Assembly: GCA_049724395.1 (NCBI GenBank)
Contig: JAUGWO010000013.1
Span: 186,001-250,000, forward strand
Source: Spongospora subterranea f. sp. subterranea
Taxonomy: Eukaryota
Reading direction: 5' to 3'
Length of the DNA: 64,000 bases
The notes beneath the pieces were generated by a model. That model did no database searches. It saw nothing but the letters and a program-made list of their open reading frames with translations, and was not told the DNA's origin. The translations under genes were made by a program, and so were the position numbers. Positions 13,909-25,969 of this stretch are shown here, in pieces. Position 1 is the first letter of the stretch, and each line of letters begins with the position of its first letter.

Positions 13909-16762
13909 CTTTCGTTTTTGTTGCTATTTCACGGCAGATTCATAAATATGGCGATGATTCCTGTTCCAGTTTACTGTTGGGTATTTGGCAGTTGCTCTCG
14001 ATAACGTTCCAAGTATACTCTCTGCGAATCTTGACTGGTACGATTTAGTGAATGTTCGGGTATTTTTGATTGTTCAATCGTCGTGATTGCCCAAGTAGTT
14101 TTCACTTAACATCTGCCGAGCTCCTTGTTCTTATGGCGTCCGACTCAGGGAGAAGCTGTGGTCCGGGACTTGTCAAGGTCAAAGCGATAGAGTTCACCTT
14201 ACCATGTCGTACAAAAGGAAACTGGGCTAAGAACTCGATGGGCGATCTGTGCATTGGATAATCAGCGGATGTAATTGTTGATCCTTTACTCCTTCTTAGA
14301 AAAGCCTTTTTTTTATGGAATAGATGGAATGTATGATTATAGCACCTTTATCACATTCCAGGTTCTGGACAATTTGCCCCCTAAACAAACTGAACCTGAA
14401 AATTCAGTTAATTAGCTGCTATAAACGTTCTAAAAATCTCCTTGAGCTTGTAAAGCCAGTCAGGCCTTCCCCAAAGAATTTAGAAACTCCTTCTTTGACG
14501 CCAGGAACTTTTAATTTACGAAGGATAAATCTCTTGTGTCTCTGGAGTTATATCGTGTGTCCCCCTGCTTTCGAGGCCATGTCCTCGGAAACACGCGCCT
14601 CACACAGGATTGGGCTATCAACAGTCTGGGCCTTATCTCCATTATATCCAACACCCATCTACCCATGATGTTCCAACAAAAAAACAAATGGGATTTGAGG
14701 GCTCAATGTGTTCAATAATGGCGGGATAAGTGTTTCCTTCAGATAACAACCTATCTCAATATCATTCGTCTTGAAGATCAAGGTCGTGGTTCATCCCTAT
14801 TTGCCTAAATGGTGTTCTCATTATCCACAGTCTTCAGCTGTGCCCAATTTCAGTTTGACATCGACTTAGGAGTGAGCCGCCTTTGTTCCCCGAATACCGG
14901 TCGTTTACTTGAACGATCTTTGAGTTCTGATTGACCTGGCTAATCCGTTCATCCCTATCAATATCTGCTCTTCCGATCAATCTGATGTTCCAGTGGTCCT
15001 ATTCCGACACAATATGTTCATTACTCTATCGATCATTACAACCTGTTTATCAGGGACATGTCCCTTTCCGTGTTTACTGTCTCCAATCTACAGTACTCAA
15101 TAAACATCTGACCGATAACGAGTTTCACCCATTACATTAACTGGCGATTACCGAATTATAACGACAATATCCTTCTCGACCAGTCGCCGAAATAAATATC
15201 GGTCGATTGCTGTAGTCGTCCTACAGTTCAGTTGGGGCGTCGACAACGTTCCTGGTCATTATTTTGGTTGGGAGAGCGGCATATGTCATAGGAGGTCAAA
15301 GGTGGCAACAGCGCCACCATTGTCAATCTACACAACCGTAACCCATCGATTTAACAATATTGCCTTCCGTCAGGTGGAGGAATCATTCCTCATTCACTTC
15401 AATTACTGTGAGTTATTGACAATCTGGTTTACTGATAATGGAACATGACAAAGTGGCTCTTCTCTTTAACGCACCACAATCGAGGGCACCGGAGAGACAG
15501 GTCGTCTGGCGCTGTCAATAAAATCGCGTTGACAACCTGAACCTAATCCTCTTAATCATAAACGACATGTGGTGAATCCCACCCGGTCATCTCTATCTCC
15601 TGGCAAACCGCCGGCAGCACTTGATAATACAAATCCGGAACAACACTGTAGAACCAGATCGAACGAACGTCGCGCCATTGCGGGTGTTGTTGAACCTCCG
15701 TTCCACTGTCAAGGTTTGCCTGATTATCCCATGGTCGTCGCTCTTTCCACCCTTTCACCACAATATAAATCCGGTGAGATCGGTAACTGGATCTCGTCGC
15801 AAATTGCATTCCGACTTTGAATCTGTCATTGCTCTGCCAAGAGGTGGTAGTTTTGATGTTAGTGGCGTTTCAAATACCTGTAGTGTGTTTAGAACAGGGC
15901 GGAAATTGTTTCGCCGTTTATCTAAAGTGAATCTAGTAAATCGTCCGATACCCGTCTAATCGGAGTGTAATCGGCCATTATAAAGGAAGGTGTTCATCAA
16001 GAGAAGAGGCTATTAAGATCCCCAATATCAGTGTCATGGCGATTGTCGCTATGAGCATTGTGACAGTTCTGTCGGGCGCTGCACTGCTTATCATGGCGAT
16101 ATGTAGATTACGAGAGCGGCGACAGTCATCAATTCAGCCATCCAGCAGTCGATCATATCATTGCCTTTATCGGAAATGCCATTTGGTTCGATATTATTCG
16201 TCATCAAAGGGTTTAACCAGACACTAAATATGATCATTTCAGGACCAGATGTATCTTTATTGATAGAGCGCCATTGCCAACGCCCCTGATCATGCCGCTG
16301 TTAGCCAACGGTCTGACAATAAATGAAACGGGCACTGTAGAGCGATTCTGATGATGACATAATAAATGATTATCGCCCCTATGATATACACAAACAATTG
16401 TTAGAATAAGAGGTTGGCGAATGGGTGTAGACATTAGATAGAGATGACCACATACCGCCTGGCCCCTTCATTGCCTCATAAACCGTCTCGTGTGCTGTCA
16501 TTAGGTCGGTATTTGCCAGAGGAGCACCAACCATGGCCCGCTTCCTTTCTTTCCTGGTGCAAGGGGCTAACCCTTGCCAAAGATGTTGTCAGAAAGTGTC
16601 ATCAGTGTCCAGATATGATATGGGATATGCGTTTCTTTTGCGGCCAAGATTTTGTCGGATCAAAATTGATGCAGTTGGTGTACCACGATCAGGTTTCATG
16701 GAAACACAAGTCCATCGGCAAATCAACGACCGTCCGCCGATATTTTACAGCATCAATGGGCT

Positions 16763-18229
16763 ATGTATCTATCCCAATTTTTGCTTTGGAAACACCATCT
16801 CGATGGCGCTAGACCGTTTCAGTTGCCGGTTTTTGTGTTTTGCTGTTGTCTAGCCGGTATCTCAACTGGCGATCTGACCATACATGATGGGGTCAACCTG
16901 ACCATCCCATCCTTCACATATGTGCATGGGAACGCATCGTTTCGAGTATCGGGACGACTGTTGTTTGTCCAAGGACACGATCTGGCCAATGTCAAGGACG
17001 AGATCAGCGGACGAATCCTGTTGGTCGACCACTCTGTCAATTCCGACATCGCATCGTGGGCGGCGAAGTGTCACGCGAAAGGGTGTGTCGGGGTCGTCAT
17101 GTTCAACCTACCCGATCTCTGGGATTTTGTTGCCTGGCGCTATTTGACGTATTCGACCATCCCGTGCGTGGTGCTGGCCCAGGCGGCACCGATCACTGAT
17201 CCATGGAGCGTCAATGGCAACCTGGCTACGATCGATAGCGATGCTGGGCCATCACCCACCGAGTTATGGATCGGCAACTCGGCCACAATCACATGGTTCG
17301 CTTTCCAGTTGTTCCTCAACGCGTTCATTCTCCTGTATTCGCTGTATAAACTAGGGACATTTGCGGTCGATTTGCACGGTCGGGTGCGAATGATCCCAAT
17401 TCGCCCATTATTAGTGTTCCTATTCCAGATAGCGTCGTCCACTATCAGAGGGCTCTGGTTTCTCAACGCCGTCTTCTTCCAGTTCTATGGGTTGTCGCCC
17501 GCTTTTTATCGGTTCACGCTCTCTGGCCACCTTCCATTCTCTTTGGCAACGCTTTTGCTCGTTGCCATCTCGATGCGCGCCCAGGTTCAGAGCGCGAAAC
17601 CCGAATCGTCGCGATGGCGCCTGATTAGCAACGTGGCCATCGTCTTCTGCTTGGCGACACTCTTGCTAGATGAGATCCTAACCATATTGAGCGCTGCATT
17701 TCACGTTGAATTGGAGGCCGATAACACTACATTTACCAACATTACGTATTTGGTCTTGAATGTCCCGGTTGCGGCTCTGGAAATATTCTACGCTGTCAAA
17801 CTGTCCAGAATTCTCAATTCGACAAGCGGTTCGGGATCGCGTTCCGAGCGATTTCAGACGCGCCGTTTCACGAATGGCGTCATCTGTAGCGCCACAATTG
17901 GCATCTCTATCCTGACAATATACACGATATATTGGTCGTTGCTGGACGTGGTCGGTTCCCATCAGATCATCATGTTGACCGTTATCATGCTCTTCGAGGC
18001 TGTTCAAGGAATAATGAACGTGTGCGCGTTCGTTCAGCGGAATTCGTTGCTGCGTGCGTTCGCCATGGACGCCAGTAGACGGCTATCGTTGACTTTGCGA
18101 AATAGCTCTCGGCGAATGATGGCCAGTCGAAGGCTGAGCAAAGCCTTAGCCGCCGCATCTACGAAAAACGTCATTATTCCACCAGAGAATCAGAATACAC
18201 CTCAACAGGCGATGTCGACCGATACATAA
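16763..18229 (+). CDS. Signal peptide + PA-like domain + 7TM receptor-like protein (intronless)
   Basis: 488-aa ORF. GRILLVD...WAAKCHAKGCVGVVMFN...TIPCVVL is PA-domain-like and is followed by about 7 hydrophobic helices and a basic Ser-rich tail. Confidence 0.7.
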   Translation: MYLSQFLLWKHHLDGARPFQLPVFVFCCCLAGISTGDLTIHDGVNLTIPSFTYVHGNASFRVSGRLLFVQGHDLANVKDEISGRILLVDHSVNSDIASWAAKCHAKGCVGVVMFNLPDLWDFVAWRYLTYSTIPCVVLAQAAPITDPWSVNGNLATIDSDAGPSPTELWIGNSATITWFAFQLFLNAFILLYSLYKLGTFAVDLHGRVRMIPIRPLLVFLFQIASSTIRGLWFLNAVFFQFYGLSPAFYRFTLSGHLPFSLATLLLVAISMRAQVQSAKPESSRWRLISNVAIVFCLATLLLDEILTILSAAFHVELEADNTTFTNITYLVLNVPVAALEIFYAVKLSRILNSTSGSGSRSERFQTRRFTNGVICSATIGISILTIYTIYWSLLDVVGSHQIIMLTVIMLFEAVQGIMNVCAFVQRNSLLRAFAMDASRRLSLTLRNSSRRMMASRRLSKALAAASTKNVIIPPENQNTPQQAMSTDT

Positions 18230-19169
18230 TCGGAATTATGTAGATATTATGATAGGGAGCGTGAGTTCATATGGCTAATAAGATCTGGGATAAAGGCTCA
18301 GAATGTCCATGATCAACGGGGTCCAACAAGTTATAGTGTTGAGTTCTTGGCCTTATGAATATCGTGGATGACAAGGGCGATATCCCAACTTAGCCAGTAC
18401 CTGTTGTGGTGATAAAACCAGGAGTGGTGTCATATTAAATCATCGTATGCTGAATACTCTGCTTGTTGATTGTAATCGAGGGCGTATTCGGCCTTGTTTC
18501 TTTTACCAGTTTATTTTATATCACGATCATTGTCGAGCTGGGTTATCCAGGCCGATTCACAAGATTCGTGAAATCCTGTATTACTCAGTTCCATGTCTGT
18601 TGTTTCTTCATCCACACCATACGAATTGAGAATCCGAGCGCAGACGTGAGGTGTATAGCATCAAGTGTTGTAGTTATGTCCCGATTAAATCAGATTCCTG
18701 AAAGCGCCATTTCTAGGCAGCAGTTCCATCACATGTTGACACAAATGGATTCCCGCTACGCTAAGGGAACCAGATCCCGATTGACCAGCCGCGTCCGGTT
18801 AACGAGTACGATGTCCTCCACATCTGGAGTGTTCCCATCTATATTTTGATGAATTTGAAACAAACCAGATTCTGTATATTACCATAATTGGCGCTGCCTA
18901 TATGTTTTGGTAGATCGCTGGAGTGACAACTCTTACGGGTTTGAAACCGTGTGAACTCCCCTCATTTATGCGTTTCAAATAAAGAAATCATTTCTGGATT
19001 GTATTGAAGATCGAACAATGTTCACGAGCAGAGCGCCGACCTGAGGATGGAATTCGGGATTGGGGAGCACACCTCTGCCTCTCGTAGGTGGCGATGAATT
19101 TGGCCAATTTCGGGCAGATCGCGAAGGTGTCCACGGGGTTACACGGTCATTTTGTCGCCATCACCGATC

Positions 19170-20547
19170 ATGTCGCTGGCCAAGCTCCAGTTCCGACTCC
19201 CGATCGCCACGAACCTGAGGCGCTGCTTGATGGTATCGCCCAATGAACCAAATCCTCAATCGCCACCAAACTCGACGGAGAGCGATCCGGAAACCGATTT
19301 TGGGTCTACCAACAATTCAACCGAACCTGTTTTTCGCATTCTTAGACTATATTGATTGCAGTTATTCGCGAGTTCCATCTTCACAAAAAACCTCTATGGT
19401 CAAAGAAGTGTTCAATAGGGTTGCCACAAAATACGATATTATGAACGGTACACCATCATCGTTGATAATTTTTCTTTTCTCTCTTCTCTGTTCCGGATTT
19501 TTGGGGGCAACAAAATCGTCAATTCTGTATTAATTCAAAGTGTGGAACGCAGATATCATGTCGCTCGGTATTCACCGACTCTGGAAAACGTCGGTCATTT
19601 TTTCTGCCTAAGGTTTTGCCACCAGTTGATTTACCTTTTTACAGATATTTTGTAAACCAGTTGGCGCTATCCAGTCTGGGCGCGACTCCTGTTCACATAC
19701 TGGACATGGCTGGCGGTACTGGCGATATCGCCTTCCGCTGCATCGACGCTTTACGTGCTCCGCCAACTTTTCCATCAGTCTTCCCTTCGCCCCGACACGC
19801 TATCACCATTGCAGACATCAACCAAAGCATGCTGGATATTGGCATGGAACGCGCCCGGACACTCGGCTATGGAAGCGATTCCCGCGTTCTTGTTGATTTT
19901 GTTTGCGCTGATGCGCAAAATCTCGTCACTATACCTGATTCTTCTATAGATCTCTACACAATAGCCTTTGGTCTTCGCAATGTCACAAAGAAAGAGGTTG
20001 GCGGTCTGTGATCATATCCATTTCTTCAGATTTGTACCTTTTTGGTGCCTTTTCAATTTTTGGTTCCTGGGGGTTTTTTCCGCAATCAACCATCGCAATT
20101 CAACCAAACTGCATCGCACAATCGTATTGCGTTGCCGTGTTGATGGCTGCCGGATTTTGTTGATCTTTAAACGTTCTTGATTGCAATCTCTCGCTTATAT
20201 TGTTTGAAGTTTTTTTAATTATGCGTTGGTAGTCGGCTTTGGCGGAAGCGTACCGCGTATTGAAACCGGGCGGGAGGTTTCTATGCATGGAATTCAGCAG
20301 TGTTCATGTCCCGGGTTTACGGAAGCTATATGATATCTGGTCGCATCATGGTATCCCGCGCCTGGGCGGCCTGATTGCCGGCGACACTGCGTCTTATCAG
20401 TATTTGGTCGAATCTATCAGGCAGTTCCCCGACCAAGATACATTGGCACAAATGATTCGCGAAGCTGCGTTCAGCGAGGTTTCTCACGAAAATTTATCTG
20501 GTGGAATTGTGGCTATCCACTCGGGCTTCAAAATTCCAGTTGGTTAA
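19170..20547 (+). CDS. COQ5: 2-methoxy-6-polyprenyl-1,4-benzoquinol methylase (UbiE/COQ5)
   Basis: [91 protein letters not shown]. Spliced. Confidence 0.96.
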
Positions 20548-20595
20548 TATATATTAATTCATTTATGCGATATCGTGCCATGCTCAACATTATCT

Positions 20596-20793
20596 TCATC
20601 TTATTGCGCGCCGTCCTGGTGGCGTTATCACGGGTGCGACTGACTTTATTACTGGGTTCATGAGCGGCGCTAGTGGTACACGTCTTGTCTTGTCAACTTT
20701 CTTGCCACCCATGCGCTGTGACACAAGCTCGCCGGTCATCGGGTCAACATTCTCCTTATCATGCACCTCGAACGCGTTCCGCACCTTCGACAT
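20596..20793 (-). CDS. 65-aa protein with KEN box, D-box and C-terminal IR tail (putative APC/C substrate or inhibitor)
   Basis: MSKVRNAFEVHDKENVDPMTG...RRVPLAPLMN...TPPGRRAIR*. Convergent with COQ5. Confidence 0.65.
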   Translation of the reverse strand: MSKVRNAFEVHDKENVDPMTGELVSQRMGGKKVDKTRRVPLAPLMNPVIKSVAPVITPPGRRAIR

Positions 20794-21637
20794 CGCCTGC
20801 ACCTGCCTGTTAATCAAACAATAAAGTACTGTGACTAATCGCCCGTGCGATTATGAACCCCCTTCAGAAATGGACAATTATTTGATATTCCGCGCCAAAT
20901 ACAGTCGTCTATCAATTATAGATACAGTATAGTGTATACCCTCACCGTAAACTGCCAACAAGTGCTGCACGTGGACGTTATCATCGTTACCCATGCATCG
21001 TAACGTGATTTTGCCTGGTGAGTATCCCGAAGTTGGTAAAGGGTGTGCTATTTGATTCTCGACGATTGCACCCACGGTTTTACTTATATACAGCGATCAA
21101 TGCCGAACACGGCCGCTAAACAAGAAATGATGAAAATATGACACATGATATAACGGCCATGCTGATCACATCGTATTCTGGTCTTCGACATGGATAACTT
21201 CAATAACCAAGGATCAAATACTTTTAGTTGGCCAAGGTTCAAGGAAGGGAGGAAGATGAAGCATGGCTAATGCTTTTGTTTGATGGAAGGTAAACCAGTA
21301 CCTAGATTTCTATTGAGCCGTAACCATTTTTTGTTTTGCGGCTAACCGCCATGGTCTGAGAAGTTGATCTATGCAACATTTACCTGACACTGAAAGAACA
21401 AATTGTGATGCTGAATAAATAAAAATACAGATTTCATCCTGTGAAAAAGCAACCCTGTTGTTAATGGTGCCAGACATAAAGTTATCAACTATTAACTTGA
21501 AATGACCCGAATGCCCTAGGTATATAAAGGACCCGATAATGACGTAACTGATCTCCAGACTGTTTAATTATAGTGCACTAGAGAATTTATAGAAAGTGAT
21601 TTGGTATAACCTGTTTTGATAGAGAATTTATAAAAGT

Positions 21638-21871
21638 GTCGAAGCCCCGCTCACTATGGACACACCAGTTGGAAATCACAACGCCTATCTGAAACGCGCC
21701 GACAGACGTATTTTCGGAAGGTCATTCAGAAAACTTTTCTACGTTTCAGAAGATCGATTTTGAGCAGCTTTCTCGCCCAGACATTGTCACCGCTGCTACG
21801 CTCTGTCGGCGCGTTTCACATAGGCGTCGTGATTCCCAACTGGTGTGTCATAGTGAGCGCGGCTTCGACTG
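21638..21871. mobile_element. MITE-like element with ~69-bp terminal inverted repeats
   Basis: 21638-21706 is the reverse complement of 21802-21869 with few mismatches. The right end reads CAGTCGAAGCC inward. Non-coding interior. Confidence 0.75.
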
Positions 21872-22443
21872 TTAATCTTTTTAATTATAGTGTACTAGAG
21901 AATTTGTAGAAGTGATTTCGTATCCCCTGTTTTATTCAGATGATACTTGATATCGCGATACATACTATGCCTGTTCTGTTATCAAATTTTTCGATTCTGA
22001 GCGGTGATGGTTCCGCCAAAAGAGAAAACTTGTATAGGACTGGTTAGGGGCGTGGCAAACAAGAGAGTCTGTCATGTTTATAGGAGTAGTTTACAACCTC
22101 ATAGATATACTAACCGCATATACTTTTGTGAGTACAAACATGACCATGATCTCACTGAATTTGCCGCTCACGAGTGTTTTAGAGTGAAAACTGCAAGATG
22201 TGTTTTGATACCCTTTTTCAATAATTCATTAACATTTCCACCCAAGACATCGCCTAGCAACATCATTTCTGGAATACGCAGCGGTGGATGATTGACTAAA
22301 TTGGTTTACTCAACGTTGATGCACCTCGAATTTCTGGTTCTCAACGGATGTCGGTCGATGTCCAGCAGTGACTGCGCAATTTCAATTCCCAGAGTTGCGC
22401 AATTTTGTGTCATATCCATCGCCATTTGGCACTGCTATACACC

Positions 22444-24395
22444 ATGTCAGAATCTAATGCAATTCTGTCGTTGGGCGTTGATTATTCTAGCTCCACTACC
22501 ACTCTTGATCTCCCCGCTTTGCTGGATTCGTGTGCAAAATCTGTTGCCGCCAGTTTTATCATCACTCCTATATTCATCGATCACCAGCCTGCCAGCTATT
22601 CGGACCTTTGTTTAACGTTCGAGCAATGGAACTCGACCGTTGTTGGCAGCATTGTTTTGGCGCCTTCCCGAACCCTATCCGACTCTGTGGAAGACGTTCG
22701 CCGTCAATTGAGCTGGGCCAAGCACGTGTCTTTGTCAGCGGTTATTATTCCTAGTGCCCAACCCGGACATGAGATCTCCTACGCTGCTACGCTACAAGCA
22801 TTACTGCTGGAGTTCCCAACGTTTCAGTACTGGATCCGTCTGGAACTAGACTTAGATGTCCCTGACGTTTCCTACACGCGCTGGCGGCGACTGAAGACTC
22901 TTTGCGAAAACAGTTCTGGGCTATACCCGCTCTTACATTTAACATGCAACAGCGACGCACCGCTCACCAGTTCGAATATATCATCATTATCGCGCTGGCA
23001 AGCTGAAAATGTTGCGTCTGTGTTCTTAAATCGTGATTCTACTCAGACGCCAGCGCTGGACTGGTTCTTAAATCTTTTGTTTCGGGATGACGTTCGCGTG
23101 ATTGTCGAAGCATCCGATGACATGGATGTATCCCCAGTTACAGATTATGTTCATACCCTCTGGCATGAGCGTCAACTTCCGTCTGAAAGTGAATTATTTA
23201 CAATGCCTTTTCGAGACGTGATTCAGGCACCATTGCAACCACTGGGAGACAATCTTCAATCACAGACTTACGAGGTAGCCGCCTGTTTATATGCAATCGC
23301 TCTTGTTTCATTTTGTTGCAAATATGTTTTGATTGATCATAAATTTGTGCGGTTATATTGAAAAAGATGCTTCATATTACTATTGGAACTCTATTGAATA
23401 TTTGTGTAGATATTTGAAAGGGATCCAGTAAAGTATTCTCAATACGAAGAAGCCGTATATAGGGCGCTTCGAGATCGTGACATAGACGATGAGAAGTATG
23501 TGGTAATGGTGGTTGGAGCCGGTCGTGGCCCGCTAGTCCACGCCGTCCTCAATGCTGGGCGACGTGCCGCTCGCGATCTTCGGGTATTCGCTTTAGAAAA
23601 GAACCCCAACGCATGCTTTACTTTGCGACACCTTTCTGCTTCCGTCTGGGGGGATCAGGTTCGTGTCAAATATATTGTGTTATCAGTGCATTAATTTATA
23701 CTGTCAAGGTCGAAGTCGTCGAAGGCGATATGCGTCTTTGGGAGCCTCCGGTTCTTGCCCACATCCTTGTTAGCGAGCTACTTGGTAGTTTCGGGGATAA
23801 CGAGTTATCACCTGAATGTTTAGACGGTGCACAACGCCTGTTGCGCGACGATGGTCTTTCAATTCCCTCCTCGTATTCGTCTTATCTCTCCCCGATATCT
23901 TGCCAGAGGCTTTGGGCGTCTCTCGCTAGTTCTACAACATCTCTTGAAACAATCAGCGTAGTCAATTTACATTCCGTCTTTTACGCTGCTCCAGCCCAAA
24001 AATGTTTTTCATTTGCACATCCAAATTGGGAATTGACTTCGAACGCACGCTCTACAACAATTGAATTTCGAAAGGACGTCGACGAGGTTACAATTCATGG
24101 GTTCGCTGGTTTTTTTCATGCGACGTTGTATGCTGGCGAACGCGGTGATGAAATCGCCGTTAGTATTGAACCGACAACATTCAGCGAGGGAATGATGAGT
24201 TGGTTCCCTGCCGTATTGCCGCTACGAACCCCACTGCTGTGGATCGGCGACAACAGTATTCCTCTCAGGCTGCATATTTTCAGGAACGTTTGTGCTATCC
24301 GACGGCGTGTCTGGTTCGAATGGTGTGCAGAACAAGGTCAATTGGTCACTCCTATACATAATCCCGCTGGTCGCTCCTATTCTATTGTTATGTAG
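22444..24395 (+). CDS. PRMT5: Protein arginine N-methyltransferase 5
   Basis: [81 protein letters not shown]. Two introns. Confidence 0.96.
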
Positions 24396-24899
24396 AAAGG
24401 TTTTACATTTATCAATATAGACACAGTTACTGTTTACATATAGTCGGGTCTGCAAGAGTCAAGCATCGTCAATATTTGCCAACGTCGTCAAGAAGGTTCC
24501 ATCGTAGACAATGTGCGTTTCAAAAGTGGTCGTACTGTGAAGGAACAGAAGGTCGTAAAGGGGCCTGGTTTCTGGCATTATTCAATCTTGTTTTACAAAT
24601 CTAACGAGCATAGCTACAGCAAAATGGCGTCGTTCTATCCTATCAGGGTCTTCATTATGAACGCCCACGACACAGCATTCCGCCACAGGAAACCGGTCGA
24701 TGGGCTAGTGTACAGAATCTTTGGTACTAACGATCGCATTAACTGTACCAAAATTCCATTAGCGATCCTGACTTTTAATCTATCTTCGATCTAAATAAAC
24801 AGCGCTTAGGTTCTCTGCGTCAACCAACGCTTGCGGAACCTGCATAGCTAGTTAATTGTGACTGGGCGAGACACTGCAAAACAGTGTTGCTTGATATCA

Positions 24900-25330
24900 C
24901 CGAGCATCAGGGTGAACTTAAAGGCTTACTCGGCTGGTCCCGTTCGTTCTAAATCGAAAGAGATGATTAATCTTCGCTGAACGCTCGTTTCGATGAATTT
25001 GATTGTACGTCAGAAAAGGTTGAGCCTACTGTAAAGTCTAGACTGTGGAAGATCCCTTTTGAAGATTACCAGGATTTATAGGTCTTTAGGGTCTGGCAGT
25101 CCAAGAAGAATGGAGTGACTTCCTCCAAAAAGTTGCTGCCAATCATGTTCTTATGATTGTTCCTGCTTCAAAGAGTTTCCAGTGGAATTTCATTTAAGAC
25201 AATGAAACCGGATGCCCCAAGGTGCAGATTCAAAAATTCCCAAATGAAAGAAACGGTTGTTTTTGAAATACGAAGGGGTCCTACAAGTTATTGATTAATT
25301 GGATGCTACCCCTATTTTGGCACTACAGAA
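24900..25330 (+). mobile_element. Possible highly decayed Ty3/gypsy integrase C-terminal remnant
   Basis: Short motifs KIPFEDY and KYEGVLQVID resemble SPFE..YG and KYEGPY.V. Many stops. Confidence 0.2.
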
Positions 25331-25969
25331 TGACAGGGCGATCATGAAAGTGTTTACCCCTACGGCAGGGAAGAGTACTGCAGAAATACCTATAGGGGTC
25401 AGTTGCCATCAATATCAGGACTACTGTGCATAGCAATTTCCCGGTTTGCCGGCTATCAATGTTGTTTCTGGGAGTAATACCGTCGAACAGACATGGTGTA
25501 CTACAGTAACTGGGAAAGAAAGCCCATAAACTTTTTCAATGGGAAAATAAAGGACTACTATAGTTTTTTTTAGTTTTTACCGATGCACTTCATGCAAGGT
25601 AGCCACAATGTCAGCAATCAGATAAAGTCCTGGTATATATATATACAGTATATCGATTTGCCCTAACAACGAAGAAATTGGCGAAAAATATTAACACCAT
25701 AAGGAAAATACTGACAGAGTTGCGCCCCCAATGTGCATTGAGTCAAAAATCAAAACCCTACACGGAAGTGGCCCAAAGTAAATCCGTCAGTAACCACTTA
25801 TCGGCTTCAGCCAGTTCCAAGTCAATATAGGGTGTTACAGTTACGTGGGGAGGAACGTGATACAGTACAGTACGGTTAAAGGAGCAAAGGGAATCCCATA
25901 CCTGTTAACGTGGGTTTTCCCCCTCCAACCGGATTATCCGATCTGTATTAGCGTCGCTCATTCACAAAC

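Noticed and set aside
14070..16760. Genes among many short ORFs
   Set aside because: No recognisable motifs or consistent exon chain; possibly decayed coding DNA.
18300..19000. Retroelement remnant
   Set aside because: No diagnostic motif could be recovered.
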